A DNA stretch of 64,000 nucleotides, from contig CAZGRP010000003.1 of NCBI GenBank assembly GCA_964527995.1, positions 9,834 to 73,833 of the forward strand. The letters are read 5' to 3'. The notes beneath the pieces are model-generated. The model was not told the DNA's origin, did not search any database, and saw only the letters and a program-made list of their open reading frames with translations. Positions 1 to 8,832 of the stretch are shown here, piece after piece; position 1 is the stretch's first letter; each line of letters begins with the position of its first letter. Both the position numbers and the translations under genes were made by a program. The stretch is from an uncultured Cytophagia bacterium (GTDB lineage Bacteria > Zhuqueibacterota > Zhuqueibacteria > Oceanimicrobiales > CAZGRP01).

Positions 1-1317
1 CACACTGTTTCTTGTGCGCCGAGAGAGGAAATCTCTCGCTCGCAGGTAACAGTCGAAGGCCTGGGCGTTCAGAGTGGCTCGTTTCTCCAACACCACTTTG
101 TCGGTCGGGCTCAGCTTCAGCATGAGCGCATCCACGATATGTTTGGATACCTCTTCCTGAATATCAAACACATCGGCCAGCTCCCCTTTGTAGGTCTCCG
201 CCCACAACTGCGTGTTGCTTGCCACCTCGATCAGTTGTACAGAAATCCGAAGCTTCTCATGGTGTTTTCTCACACTGCCAGTTATAATGTGGCGGACCCC
301 GAGTTGTCGGCCGATCTTTCTTACATCTTTTTCAGAGCCTCTGAACTGCATGGAGGTGGTTCGAGGCACCACTCTCATATCCCTCAGCCCAGACAGATTC
401 ACGATCAGCTCTTCCGCAAGACCGTCGGCAAAATAGTCCGTCTCTTTATCAGGACTTATGTTTTCAAACGGCAGAACAGCGATCGCCTTTTGCTCCTCGT
501 TGGCCGCAACTTTGCCGGCGTTGTTCCTGCACTCGTCAAGCTCCCTTAGAAACTCCTCTGCCTGCTGGTATCTCTGCGCAGGATCTTTTGCCAGCAGTTT
601 CAGTACTACATCTTCCACCGCCACGGGCACTTCTATCAGCGGCTCCGGCTGTTCATTCATGATGCCGTAGATGATGGCCTGCTCATAGTCTCCTTTGAAA
701 GGCAAGTGGCCGCTGAGCATCTCATAGACCACGACACCAAGAGACCAGATATCTGCGCGATGATCTACTTCCTCCCCTCGTGCCTGCTCGGGCGACATAT
801 AGGCAGCAGTGCCAAGGGTCGTGCCCACCCTCGTTACGCCTATGCTGCCCTTGACTTTCGCCAGACCAAAGTCCATGACCTTCACCTGTCCCCCTTTCTT
901 CCGCATGATGTTGGCACTCTTGATATCCCGATGGACCATCCCCTTCTCATGCGCCACCTGCAGCCCCTCTGCAATTTGCCCGGCGATCTCCAGGGCTTCC
1001 TCCAGCGACAATCGACCCGCGCCGACGACCTCCCTCAGCTCCTGCCCATCGATGTACTCCATCACGATGAAGAGCTCATCGTCCATCTCCTCGATCGCGT
1101 GTATCGTAGCGATATTGGGGTGGTTCAACGCTGCGGCCGCCTGTGCTTCGATCTTGAAGCGCGCCCGTTCCTCCTCACTTGCCGCAATTTGCCTCGGCAG
1201 GAATTTGATGGCGACGTCGCGCTTGAGTTTGGTGTCCTCAGCTTTGTAGACGACGCCCATTCCTCCTTCACCAAGCTTTTCAACGATTCGGTAATGAAGA
1301 ACCATATCGCCATGCAT
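1..1317 (-). CDS. Ser/Thr protein kinase, partial (3' end beyond window start). N-terminal Hanks kinase domain, C-terminal TolB-N-like/TPR-type region.
   Basis: The minus-strand frame is open from the ATG at 1317 to the window edge. It is absent from the ORF track because no stop falls in the window. Translation begins MHGDMVLHYRIVEKLGEGGMGVVYKAEDTKLKRDVAIKFLP, with VHRDIKSANIM and DFGLAK motifs. Further on comes ...AVLPFENISPDKETDYFADGLAEEL. Confidence 0.8.
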   Translation of the reverse strand, partial: MHGDMVLHYRIVEKLGEGGMGVVYKAEDTKLKRDVAIKFLPRQIAASEEERARFKIEAQAAAALNHPNIATIHAIEEMDDELFIVMEYIDGQELREVVGAGRLSLEEALEIAGQIAEGLQVAHEKGMVHRDIKSANIMRKKGGQVKVMDFGLAKVKGSIGVTRVGTTLGTAAYMSPEQARGEEVDHRADIWSLGVVVYEMLSGHLPFKGDYEQAIIYGIMNEQPEPLIEVPVAVEDVVLKLLAKDPAQRYQQAEEFLRELDECRNNAGKVAANEEQKAIAVLPFENISPDKETDYFADGLAEELIVNLSGLRDMRVVPRTTSMQFRGSEKDVRKIGRQLGVRHIITGSVRKHHEKLRISVQLIEVASNTQLWAETYKGELADVFDIQEEVSKHIVDALMLKLSPTDKVVLEKRATLNAQAFDCYLRARDFLSRRTRNSV

Positions 1318-1413
1318 AGCACACCTCTCTGCTCCTAAGGAATTCGTTGGGTGAGATGATCCTGTCGATCCGCACCGATGCGGGCACTGCGCCGGCCCGG
1401 CTTACGATAGTTG

Positions 1414-4071
1414 TCAATCAAACAAACCCTCAATCATCACCAGTCTCGAGCTCCGCACTCGCTCAACATACACGAGTTCTTTCCCATCGTAACTCAGATT
1501 GACAAAGGTAGCCGAGAACAATCCCGGAAAACGGCGCCCGATGCTCTGCCTGCCACCCCCAGGCAGAGCTATCTTCCAGATCTCACCACCGGGCTTGACA
1601 TAGAGCAAGAAACGGCCGTTTGGGGCCACGCGTGCTGAGAAACCAGGCGACAGTATCATTCTTGGATTTCCGGAGCCCGAGCTCTCTGTAATCCACCATC
1701 CATCGCGCCCGCTTCTCAAATCATAAAACAGGATGTAGCTGCCACCCAGGATTGGATACGCCAGCGTCGAATCCTGGTAAACCTGCCTTCGCTCCGCCGA
1801 GCCGATTTGTGTTTGCCAGGATTGGCTGAAGGACAACACTACAAAGTTTGTCGCATCGAGCCACCACACGAAAAAGCCTTTCCCGATCAGCCTGGGCATC
1901 GCCGGGTTGGCCACCTCGATCAAGTAGACCTTGGCTGAGTCGAAAGGAGCAGAGACCGGATACGAGTAGTAGGCGATCCACTTCCCGTCGGGTGACCAGG
2001 TCGGCCAACCCACGATCTCGTCGCCCGAAGTAAGCTGCCGCCGATTTTCACCGTACCGGTTTACGACGTAGATGTGACTCGTCGTCCGCAACACATCGGG
2101 ATCGGACATCCGGCTGGCAATATATCTGCCGTCTGGAGAAAAGGACACAGAACGAATGTCGCGATCATCAAAGGTTATTTCCCGGGCGCGTTCGCCCGTG
2201 ACATCTGCGATCCATAGATGCCCAATCTGTTGCTGCCGCAGGTACACCAGCCTGCTGCCATCAGCCGACATCTTCATTCCCAAATCAGGCCCACCTTCCT
2301 TGGTGATTTGAATCGCAGGTCCTCCCTTGGCCGGCACCATCCAGAGGTTTGTGCTGCCCCCTCGGTTAGACGAAAAAAGGATGGTCCCTCGGCTCGTCCA
2401 ACAGACCTCATGGATCGATTTGCCCTCGGACGTAATCTGTCGCTCTCGCCCGCTCTTCAAGTCGTGAATAACGATCTCCTCGCTGCGATCCGCAAAAGTC
2501 CGAACCCACGCGATCGCTTTGCCGTCCGGAGACCATGAGAAAGAGACGTTTCCCTGCGGTAGGCCGGCATCGTCGACAAATTCCTGGCGCGGGTCGCTGC
2601 CATCGGGCCGGACGCTCCAAAGTTCGACCTTGCCGGACTGGCTGGGAACGGCAAGGAGCCCCCCTCTGACATATCCGATGCGCTGGCCATCGGGCCGCCA
2701 GCGTGCCACAAATCCGATATCCGCAATCTTCTTGCTCATGCCGCCGTTCGACGACACGACATGAAGCTCCCTGACTTCGCTCTCTGCGTTGAGCCGATCA
2801 TAGACAATCTGACTCCCGTCCGCCGAGATGTCCACTTGTGTGATGGTCAGACTTGAGTCGGTTGTCACGCGCCGGGGCGAACCGTTGGAGGAGTGCATCC
2901 AGTAAACGTCCCATTCCCCCGCCGCATCAGCCGCGGGAAAGGCCACCCAATTCCCGTCCCGAGTGATGGACGGATAGCCGATTTGTGTGAACGGAACCTG
3001 GAGCACCCTGAATGTTGCCCTCGGATTGGGCCTTTCCGACGTGTCGCGGGACAGGGTGAAGAGAGACAAGGCGGTCGCAGCAACCGCGACAAAGACAAGC
3101 ACCATCCACAGCCGCTTCTTTGAAACGCGCTGTGGCCCCGAGAGCGTGATCTTCCTCAGTCCTGAGAACCTCCGTCTTATGACCGCGTCCACAGACTGCG
3201 AGACCGAGGTTGGCAACGCTCTGGTGCCCGAGGTTCTTCCCAATTCTCTTTGGGCCCGGCGCAAGTCAATCACCATTTCGTTCACAGATTGATAACGGTC
3301 GTCCGGATCCTTCTCCAAGGCCCGATTAACAACATGCACAAGCTCCGCCGAGGCTTCAGGAGCCTGCTTCTGCAGCGATTCCGGCTCCTCATTGAGGATG
3401 CAGTAGATGATCGATGCATAATACTCGCCGCCGAACGGCAGTCGTCCGGTCAGCATCTCGTACAGCACGATGCCAAAAGAGAAGATATCCGAGCGCACAT
3501 CGGTCACACCATCCTGGATCTGTTCGGGTGAAAGATACGCCGGTGTACCTACCGCACCCGAACTCTTCGTAGGGCTCAGCACGCCTTTGAGTTGCGCCAG
3601 GCCGAAATCCATGATCTTCACCTGGCCATTGGAATTGACCATGATGTTGGCGGAGGTAATGTCGCGGTGGACAATGCCTCTGGAGTGTGCTGCGTGCAAG
3701 GCCTGTCCGATCTGGAGTGCATAAGTGAGGACCTCGCTGATGCTTTGCGTCGATCTCTTGTCTCGAGGCGGGTCCACCACAAGCTCCCGCAGCGTCTTGC
3801 CTTCGACATACTCCATGACGATGAACTGCTGCCCGGTATATTCCTGGATGTCATGGATGACGCAAACGTTCGGGTGAGTGATGGCGGCGGCGGCTTTGGC
3901 TTCCTGGAGGAAACGAAGGCGGGTGGTATCATCCAATCTTAGTGCAGGAGGAAGGAATTTCAACGCTACGATGCGATCCAGTCGCGTATCTTGGGCTTTG
4001 TAGACGAGGCCCATGCCACCCTCGCCCAACTTCTCTAGTATTTGATAATGTAGAACAGCGTGTCCAATCAT
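1414..4071 (-). CDS. Ser/Thr protein kinase with a transmembrane segment and a C-terminal TolB-like (PD40/WD40-like) beta-propeller.
   Basis: 885-aa ORF. N-terminus MIGHAVLHYQILEKLGEGGMGLVYKAQD, with HRDITSANIM and DFGLAQ. After the TM segment there are repeated 'SPDGK/SADGS ... vy...' PD40-like units. Confidence 0.85.
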   Translation of the reverse strand: MIGHAVLHYQILEKLGEGGMGLVYKAQDTRLDRIVALKFLPPALRLDDTTRLRFLQEAKAAAAITHPNVCVIHDIQEYTGQQFIVMEYVEGKTLRELVVDPPRDKRSTQSISEVLTYALQIGQALHAAHSRGIVHRDITSANIMVNSNGQVKIMDFGLAQLKGVLSPTKSSGAVGTPAYLSPEQIQDGVTDVRSDIFSFGIVLYEMLTGRLPFGGEYYASIIYCILNEEPESLQKQAPEASAELVHVVNRALEKDPDDRYQSVNEMVIDLRRAQRELGRTSGTRALPTSVSQSVDAVIRRRFSGLRKITLSGPQRVSKKRLWMVLVFVAVAATALSLFTLSRDTSERPNPRATFRVLQVPFTQIGYPSITRDGNWVAFPAADAAGEWDVYWMHSSNGSPRRVTTDSSLTITQVDISADGSQIVYDRLNAESEVRELHVVSSNGGMSKKIADIGFVARWRPDGQRIGYVRGGLLAVPSQSGKVELWSVRPDGSDPRQEFVDDAGLPQGNVSFSWSPDGKAIAWVRTFADRSEEIVIHDLKSGRERQITSEGKSIHEVCWTSRGTILFSSNRGGSTNLWMVPAKGGPAIQITKEGGPDLGMKMSADGSRLVYLRQQQIGHLWIADVTGERAREITFDDRDIRSVSFSPDGRYIASRMSDPDVLRTTSHIYVVNRYGENRRQLTSGDEIVGWPTWSPDGKWIAYYSYPVSAPFDSAKVYLIEVANPAMPRLIGKGFFVWWLDATNFVVLSFSQSWQTQIGSAERRQVYQDSTLAYPILGGSYILFYDLRSGRDGWWITESSGSGNPRMILSPGFSARVAPNGRFLLYVKPGGEIWKIALPGGGRQSIGRRFPGLFSATFVNLSYDGKELVYVERVRSSRLVMIEGLFD

Positions 4072-4299
4072 AAACGACGCCTTGCGGCAGTTGCCGGACC
4101 GGTTTGTTGTATCGTTCTCAAATGAAGCCGGTCACCGGTACCACCCGGCCCGGTGTTGGCTCCGATCATACCGGAAACCCTGCTGGTGAGGGACCGTACT
4201 CGCGCCTGTGGGTCCCCCCACCCGGCGCAACCACTACGGTCCCGGTGAGCCGCACGTCCGGCAGCCTACGTTCACCGTTGTTTCATGGCCGACATCCTG

Positions 4300-5124
4300 T
4301 TACTTCGCTGTCAGGATCTTCGCAGGTTCACCATTCGACAAATCCGGCCTGAGCATGGCATTCGAGTGCTCGAACTTCTTGGTTATGGCCCAGAGCCGTC
4401 TCATCATGCGATCTACCGGCTCCTCTCCTATGGAGGTATTGCGCTTGTCGACATAGCTGTAGTAGTCGCTTTCGCTCTTTGCATTCTGTGCCACCAAAAA
4501 CATCGGCCGTTCCGTACCCACACCGCCGAAGTAGAGCCGATATGAGCGTTCGACCTTGTTTATCTTCCACAGCGTTCTGAATTCCCGCGCCAGAGCTATG
4601 GCTTCATCAAACGAGCCCGGGTCGAAATAAAACCAGTCGGTGTGGGTAAGGAGCATGGGATCGCCACTCGTCGATGTGTTTTGGCCGTCGTATGAAAGGT
4701 CGAAGCGGCGATGAACGTAGGCCGCCTTCGATGATTCAAACAAACCGTCAAACCCACTCCTCAGCCTGGCTGTCGCCTCTTCCCCAAGCTCTGCCTGCAA
4801 GTCGGCCCAGAATTTCATTTGCGGGTCAGGGTGGGCGGCATCATCCACTTGCGCCACGAAATAGTAGGTGAAATCATCCCGCCGGAGTGTGAAGAACTTC
4901 ACGGTGTTGATGTTACGGCTCCGCACAACGCTGAGCACCTCTCTTAGCGCAGCTTCGTACTTCACTGAGTTTGACGGTCTGACCTTGCTTTCTATGATCA
5001 TCAGAGTCAGTTGCTTTTGCTGGCCCTTTTGGGCAAACAGAGAACTACCTGTCTCCAGCAAAAGCGTCGTGACGATGAAGAGCGCCAGCAAGCAGACGTC
5101 CATGACTCTTCTGGTCCCGCTCAT
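4300..5124 (-). CDS. Secreted protein with two tandem ferredoxin-like alpha+beta-barrel (ABM/Dabb-like) domains.
   Basis: AGGAGG RBS 6 nt before the ATG at 5124. Signal peptide MSGTRRVMDVCLLALFIVTTLLLETGSSLFAQ. Two internally similar ~100-aa halves. Confidence 0.5.
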   Translation of the reverse strand: MSGTRRVMDVCLLALFIVTTLLLETGSSLFAQKGQQKQLTLMIIESKVRPSNSVKYEAALREVLSVVRSRNINTVKFFTLRRDDFTYYFVAQVDDAAHPDPQMKFWADLQAELGEEATARLRSGFDGLFESSKAAYVHRRFDLSYDGQNTSTSGDPMLLTHTDWFYFDPGSFDEAIALAREFRTLWKINKVERSYRLYFGGVGTERPMFLVAQNAKSESDYYSYVDKRNTSIGEEPVDRMMRRLWAITKKFEHSNAMLRPDLSNGEPAKILTAK

Positions 5125-5181
5125 GATAGCCTCCTGGTCAAATGAATGATTACATGAGATGATTTGCGCAAGCAAGTTGCC

Positions 5182-6195
5182 CTACTTAATACCAATGACC
5201 ATGGAATCCGGCCCGACCAAATGTTCGACACGCGTTTCTTTGAATCCGATCTCTTGCATCCAGGCGCTGCAGTCTGCGCCGGTGTAATCGAAGCCACCCG
5301 TGGTTTCAATCAGCATGTTCAGGCTCATGAGCAGACCGAAGGCGTTCTTTGAGCGCGCATCGTCGATGATCGACTCGTAAACCACAAGTGCTCCACCTTC
5401 TGGCAACGCATCATACGCCTTACGAATAAGCAGCTTCTTTTCCTCCAGATTCCAGTCATGCAGAATGTGTCCCATGAGCAGGACGTCGGCTTCGGGCAAG
5501 GGCTGGTCAAAGAAGTCACCGCTGACAAAACGCAGCCGCTGAGCCAGGCCATTCTGCAGGGCATATTCTTCGAAGATGGGTTCCACCTCCGGGAGATCAA
5601 ACCCTATGCCGGAAAGGTGTGGATGTGCGAGGGCAATCTGTACCGCTAAGTCTCCTTGCGCCGTTCCAACATCAACGAAATGTTTGTGCTCTGTCCAGGG
5701 GAATTTGTTGGCAATAGCCACATTGGCGCCCCGACTGATGCCTGTCATGGCCGCCATGAATCCCTTTAGCCGTGCAGGATCGGCATAGAGGCTGGCAAAA
5801 AACGGCGCGCCATTGCCCTTCAATTCATTTTGCGGATTGCCGGTTCGAAGAGCTTCGGTGAGATGATTCCAAAAACCATAGAGACGGTGGTTCGCCATCT
5901 CCAGGAGTCCACCAATATAGGACGGTTTCTTCTTATCCAGAAACAGATCAGTTTCCGGCGTGTTGTGGTACATGCCGCTGATTTTTTGCAGGAAACCGAG
6001 CGCGACCAACGTGTCCAGGAAATCCCCGGCAGAGCGGGGATGCAAGCCCAGTCTTCCTTGCAGCGTTGCCAGATCTTCGGGGTGTTTGGCCAGTTCGGTA
6101 AACAGCTCCATTTCCACGGCGCTTAAAAGCGTTTTGGCGGGCCAAAAGCCAAGGCCGACTTCGAGGATTTTTGATGGCTCTGGTTTGTTATTCAT
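5182..6195 (-). CDS. Class I SAM-dependent O-methyltransferase (COMT/CrtF-like family 2 OMT).
   Basis: Start [13 protein letters not shown] at 6195 with a GAGGA RBS. Dimerisation-domain motif [12 protein letters not shown] motif [31 protein letters not shown]. Confidence 0.8.
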   Translation of the reverse strand: MNNKPEPSKILEVGLGFWPAKTLLSAVEMELFTELAKHPEDLATLQGRLGLHPRSAGDFLDTLVALGFLQKISGMYHNTPETDLFLDKKKPSYIGGLLEMANHRLYGFWNHLTEALRTGNPQNELKGNGAPFFASLYADPARLKGFMAAMTGISRGANVAIANKFPWTEHKHFVDVGTAQGDLAVQIALAHPHLSGIGFDLPEVEPIFEEYALQNGLAQRLRFVSGDFFDQPLPEADVLLMGHILHDWNLEEKKLLIRKAYDALPEGGALVVYESIIDDARSKNAFGLLMSLNMLIETTGGFDYTGADCSAWMQEIGFKETRVEHLVGPDSMVIGIK

Positions 6196-6540
6196 GGTAG
6201 TTCCTCTATTCTTTTGTTGCTTTCGTTGACTACGTGCCATGCCCGGCACACATATTTGGATCTCAGGGACACGCTTCCACCTGAATTCGGATGACGAACA
6301 TATTTATAAAGAGTCATGGTCGTGAATTCCAGATCTGTATAATCTCTGCCGCGTAAATTCAGGTAAACTTGCCGTAATCCGAAAAGATCAAAGTGATTGA
6401 TCATGAATGTCGAAAGAAAGACGATGAGCCAGCCAATTTGGCACGAGTATGTTGCCGACGAAACCGATTGCATATAAGAACGCTGCCAAAAAAACAGAAT
6501 ATGCAACGGTACCGTACAAGAAAGAAATGATTCTACCCAT
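6192..6540 (-). pseudogene. ICMT/PEMT-family membrane methyltransferase remnant. Apparent frameshift and atypical C-terminus.
   Basis: A strong RBS (AAAGGAGGGAG) precedes ATG at 6540. That frame ([30 protein letters not shown]...) stops after 50 codons. The family motif HFDLFGLRQ...[15 protein letters not shown] continues in a second frame down to 6192. The expected hydrophobic C-terminal helix is missing. Confidence 0.35.
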
Positions 6541-6756
6541 GATATCTCCCTCCTTTTTGGTCTATACCTAATGAACACGAAATCACAACCGACAGAGCCA
6601 AAGCATAACCTGCGGGAGGGATTTAGCGCACTGAACTTTGAATTCGAAAACAAGTTGCGAGAGGGCACCAAACCAACCCATTCAGCCGCCGCCCTCGCGT
6701 CGGGTTGATGCAATGTCAAACCCTGATGCCTGCTTACGCTCCTGGCGGAAGCGACT

Positions 6757-7188
6757 TTATTTCACCGTTGTTTTCTTGAGCTGACTGAGTATCTCACGTT
6801 CTTGAGCCGCTCTGCCGGCAAAGCTTTCCAACGCGGTGACTTTCCACTTCAGTGCACCCCAGGCCGGCAGGCTCCGCAACATCTTGTCGACTTCCTGGTT
6901 CGATGACGCCTGCACGATCATCACCAGTGCCCGGCCGCCAACCGGAAGCCCACCGGCGATGATCTTCCCTTCTCTTCGCAACTTCAGAATGGCGTCTAAT
7001 GTGGGCAGGATGCCTTTTTCCAGAATCTGAATAGCCTCTTGAGGCGAAGTGAAGCCAGGTCCTTCCGAGCCGATGACCAGATACAGGTTGCTCTGTCTGG
7101 CGCCGGCTTGTGCTAAGGCGGTCAGGGCGAAGCCGCACACAACCAGGGTTGTCAGAAGAAACACGAACAAATGGGTTCTTGCGTTCAT
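6757..7188 (-). CDS. Secreted small protein, muconolactone-isomerase-like / DUF3303-like fold.
   Basis: AGGAGGG RBS. Signal peptide [28 protein letters not shown]. Core ...[11 protein letters not shown]...[29 protein letters not shown] resembles the MLI pattern. Confidence 0.45.
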   Translation of the reverse strand: MNARTHLFVFLLTTLVVCGFALTALAQAGARQSNLYLVIGSEGPGFTSPQEAIQILEKGILPTLDAILKLRREGKIIAGGLPVGGRALVMIVQASSNQEVDKMLRSLPAWGALKWKVTALESFAGRAAQEREILSQLKKTTVK

Positions 7189-7323
7189 GGTATTCCCTCC
7201 TTGTAAGAGTTGTGAAAGATGCGCTTTGTGAAAAACTTCAACTCAGCCCATGTGTCCTCTCGCATCGCCTCGACTATCCGATACGTACCCATGTATTATT
7301 GAAACTTGAGCACTTTGCCATCC

Positions 7324-7713
7324 TTATGGATTGATGATCTCTGCCGTATCCACCGCCTGAAAAAAGTGCACCATTTTGCCATCTCTGATGGTCCATACAT
7401 GGGTGGCGTTCGCTTTGAATGGCTTGCCGGTTTCTTTGTAAGTCCCCCTGTAGTGTCCGACCATGACGACTTTTTCCCCACATCCGAACAGCTCCTGGAT
7501 ATCGATGCTGAACGCGTCATAGTGTTTCGGCAGTCGCGAAAACACGCCCTGCACGACGGCTTCCGGACCCTTGAAAATCCCGTCGCCTTCGATGAAAGAG
7601 AATCCCTGGCATTCGTCCCAGACAATATCCGGATGAAACAGCGCCAGAACTCCTTCAATGTTGCCTTCCGAAAAACGCTGGTACCCCTGTTGTACGATTT
7701 CCACGTTGTTCAT
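7324..7713 (-). CDS. SnoaL-like / NTF2-like (ketosteroid-isomerase fold) protein.
   Basis: MNNVEIVQQGYQRFSEGNIEGVLALFHPDIVWDE...GKMVHFFQAVD. Typical NTF2-like signature. GGGGAG RBS before the internal ATG at 7713. Confidence 0.65.
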   Translation of the reverse strand: MNNVEIVQQGYQRFSEGNIEGVLALFHPDIVWDECQGFSFIEGDGIFKGPEAVVQGVFSRLPKHYDAFSIDIQELFGCGEKVVMVGHYRGTYKETGKPFKANATHVWTIRDGKMVHFFQAVDTAEIINP

Positions 7714-7811
7714 GAGAAGACTCCCCATTCGTTGAAGGAAGTTGAGTGAATCAGGGCGTCAAATGACCCGACTTGACGCCCTGTTCCAGAGAGGATGGAT
7801 ACAATGCGGTT

Positions 7812-8594
7812 CTAGTTTGTGCCTGACGCTGGCAGGCTGCTGTTCCAGATGTCCGCGTGCAGTTTCCACACACCGCTGGCGTCCCGTTTCCAAACGACGA
7901 GGTATTTCCCGGAGTCCATCTCCGCCGCCTGTCCCTCTGGCTGCATTTTGAGTGTATAGATACCGACTTCGTATGCGGTATTGCCACTGCCCTCCACTGA
8001 GACGGTGGTCAAAGTCAGGTCTTCCAAGCCCATCGCCATGCTGCTTTGCATGAAGTTCTGAATGGCTTCCCTGCCCTGGACCGCCTCGCTGTTCGGCGGC
8101 TGCGCCACGGCATTTTCCGTGTAAAGAGCGGCTACGGCCGCGGCGTCGCCCCGATTGAACGCAGCGGTGAATTCGGCATTTTGCGCCTCGATGGACTTGC
8201 GCAGGGTCGTTGCATCCTGTTTCCCCTTCATCTCCACCAACATGACCTCCATCGGCTTGTCGCCCGTATTCTGTGGCAAGTGCATGCCAGCGGCTTCCCA
8301 GGTGGCCTGCCCTCTCTTCCCAGTGACATCAACGGTTTTGCCGTCCGCTGAAGTGAACCTTACCTGGCTGTCGCTCAGGAACACGGCGACGCCGGCCGGA
8401 TGATAGTGCATCACGGATTTTTCACCCGGGCCGTAGGTGATGCGCACCACCCGCACCTGTTCGTTCTCGAAGACGACTTTGTAGTGCTTCGAATCGACTT
8501 GGGTCGGGTCCTGGGCCGATGCTGTTTCCGCAAAAAAGCCGGAAAGCAAGACTGCGAACAGACCGCACAGCGGTAAATGAATTCGATGCTTCAT
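7812..8594 (-). CDS. Secreted two-domain protein: cupin-like N-terminus plus DUF4440/SnoaL-like C-terminus.
   Basis: AGGAGG RBS before ATG at 8594. Signal peptide MKHRIHLPLCGLFAVLLSGFFAETASAQ. Cupin-like YHPAGVAVFL block. C-terminal YTENAVAQPP...GKYLVVWKRDASGVWKLHADIWNS. Confidence 0.55.
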   Translation of the reverse strand: MKHRIHLPLCGLFAVLLSGFFAETASAQDPTQVDSKHYKVVFENEQVRVVRITYGPGEKSVMHYHPAGVAVFLSDSQVRFTSADGKTVDVTGKRGQATWEAAGMHLPQNTGDKPMEVMLVEMKGKQDATTLRKSIEAQNAEFTAAFNRGDAAAVAALYTENAVAQPPNSEAVQGREAIQNFMQSSMAMGLEDLTLTTVSVEGSGNTAYEVGIYTLKMQPEGQAAEMDSGKYLVVWKRDASGVWKLHADIWNSSLPASGTN

Positions 8595-8832
8595 AATGAG
8601 GACTCCTCCTTTTGTTTGTGGCGTCCCGAACCGATGTCCCTTCTTTGCAGCCAAGATAGGTAAAAACAAGGGCATGGGGATATCACAAAACGGACAAAAG
8701 CTGTAAGATTTCGGACAAACCGTGGGAAGGGGGAAATGTTAAGGATGTCAATGAGTGACCACTGCGAGCGTGCGCAGCGAATTCCCTCGCCCCAAGGGAA
8801 TTTGCCGCTGATGAGACACGCTGAAGCGTGCA

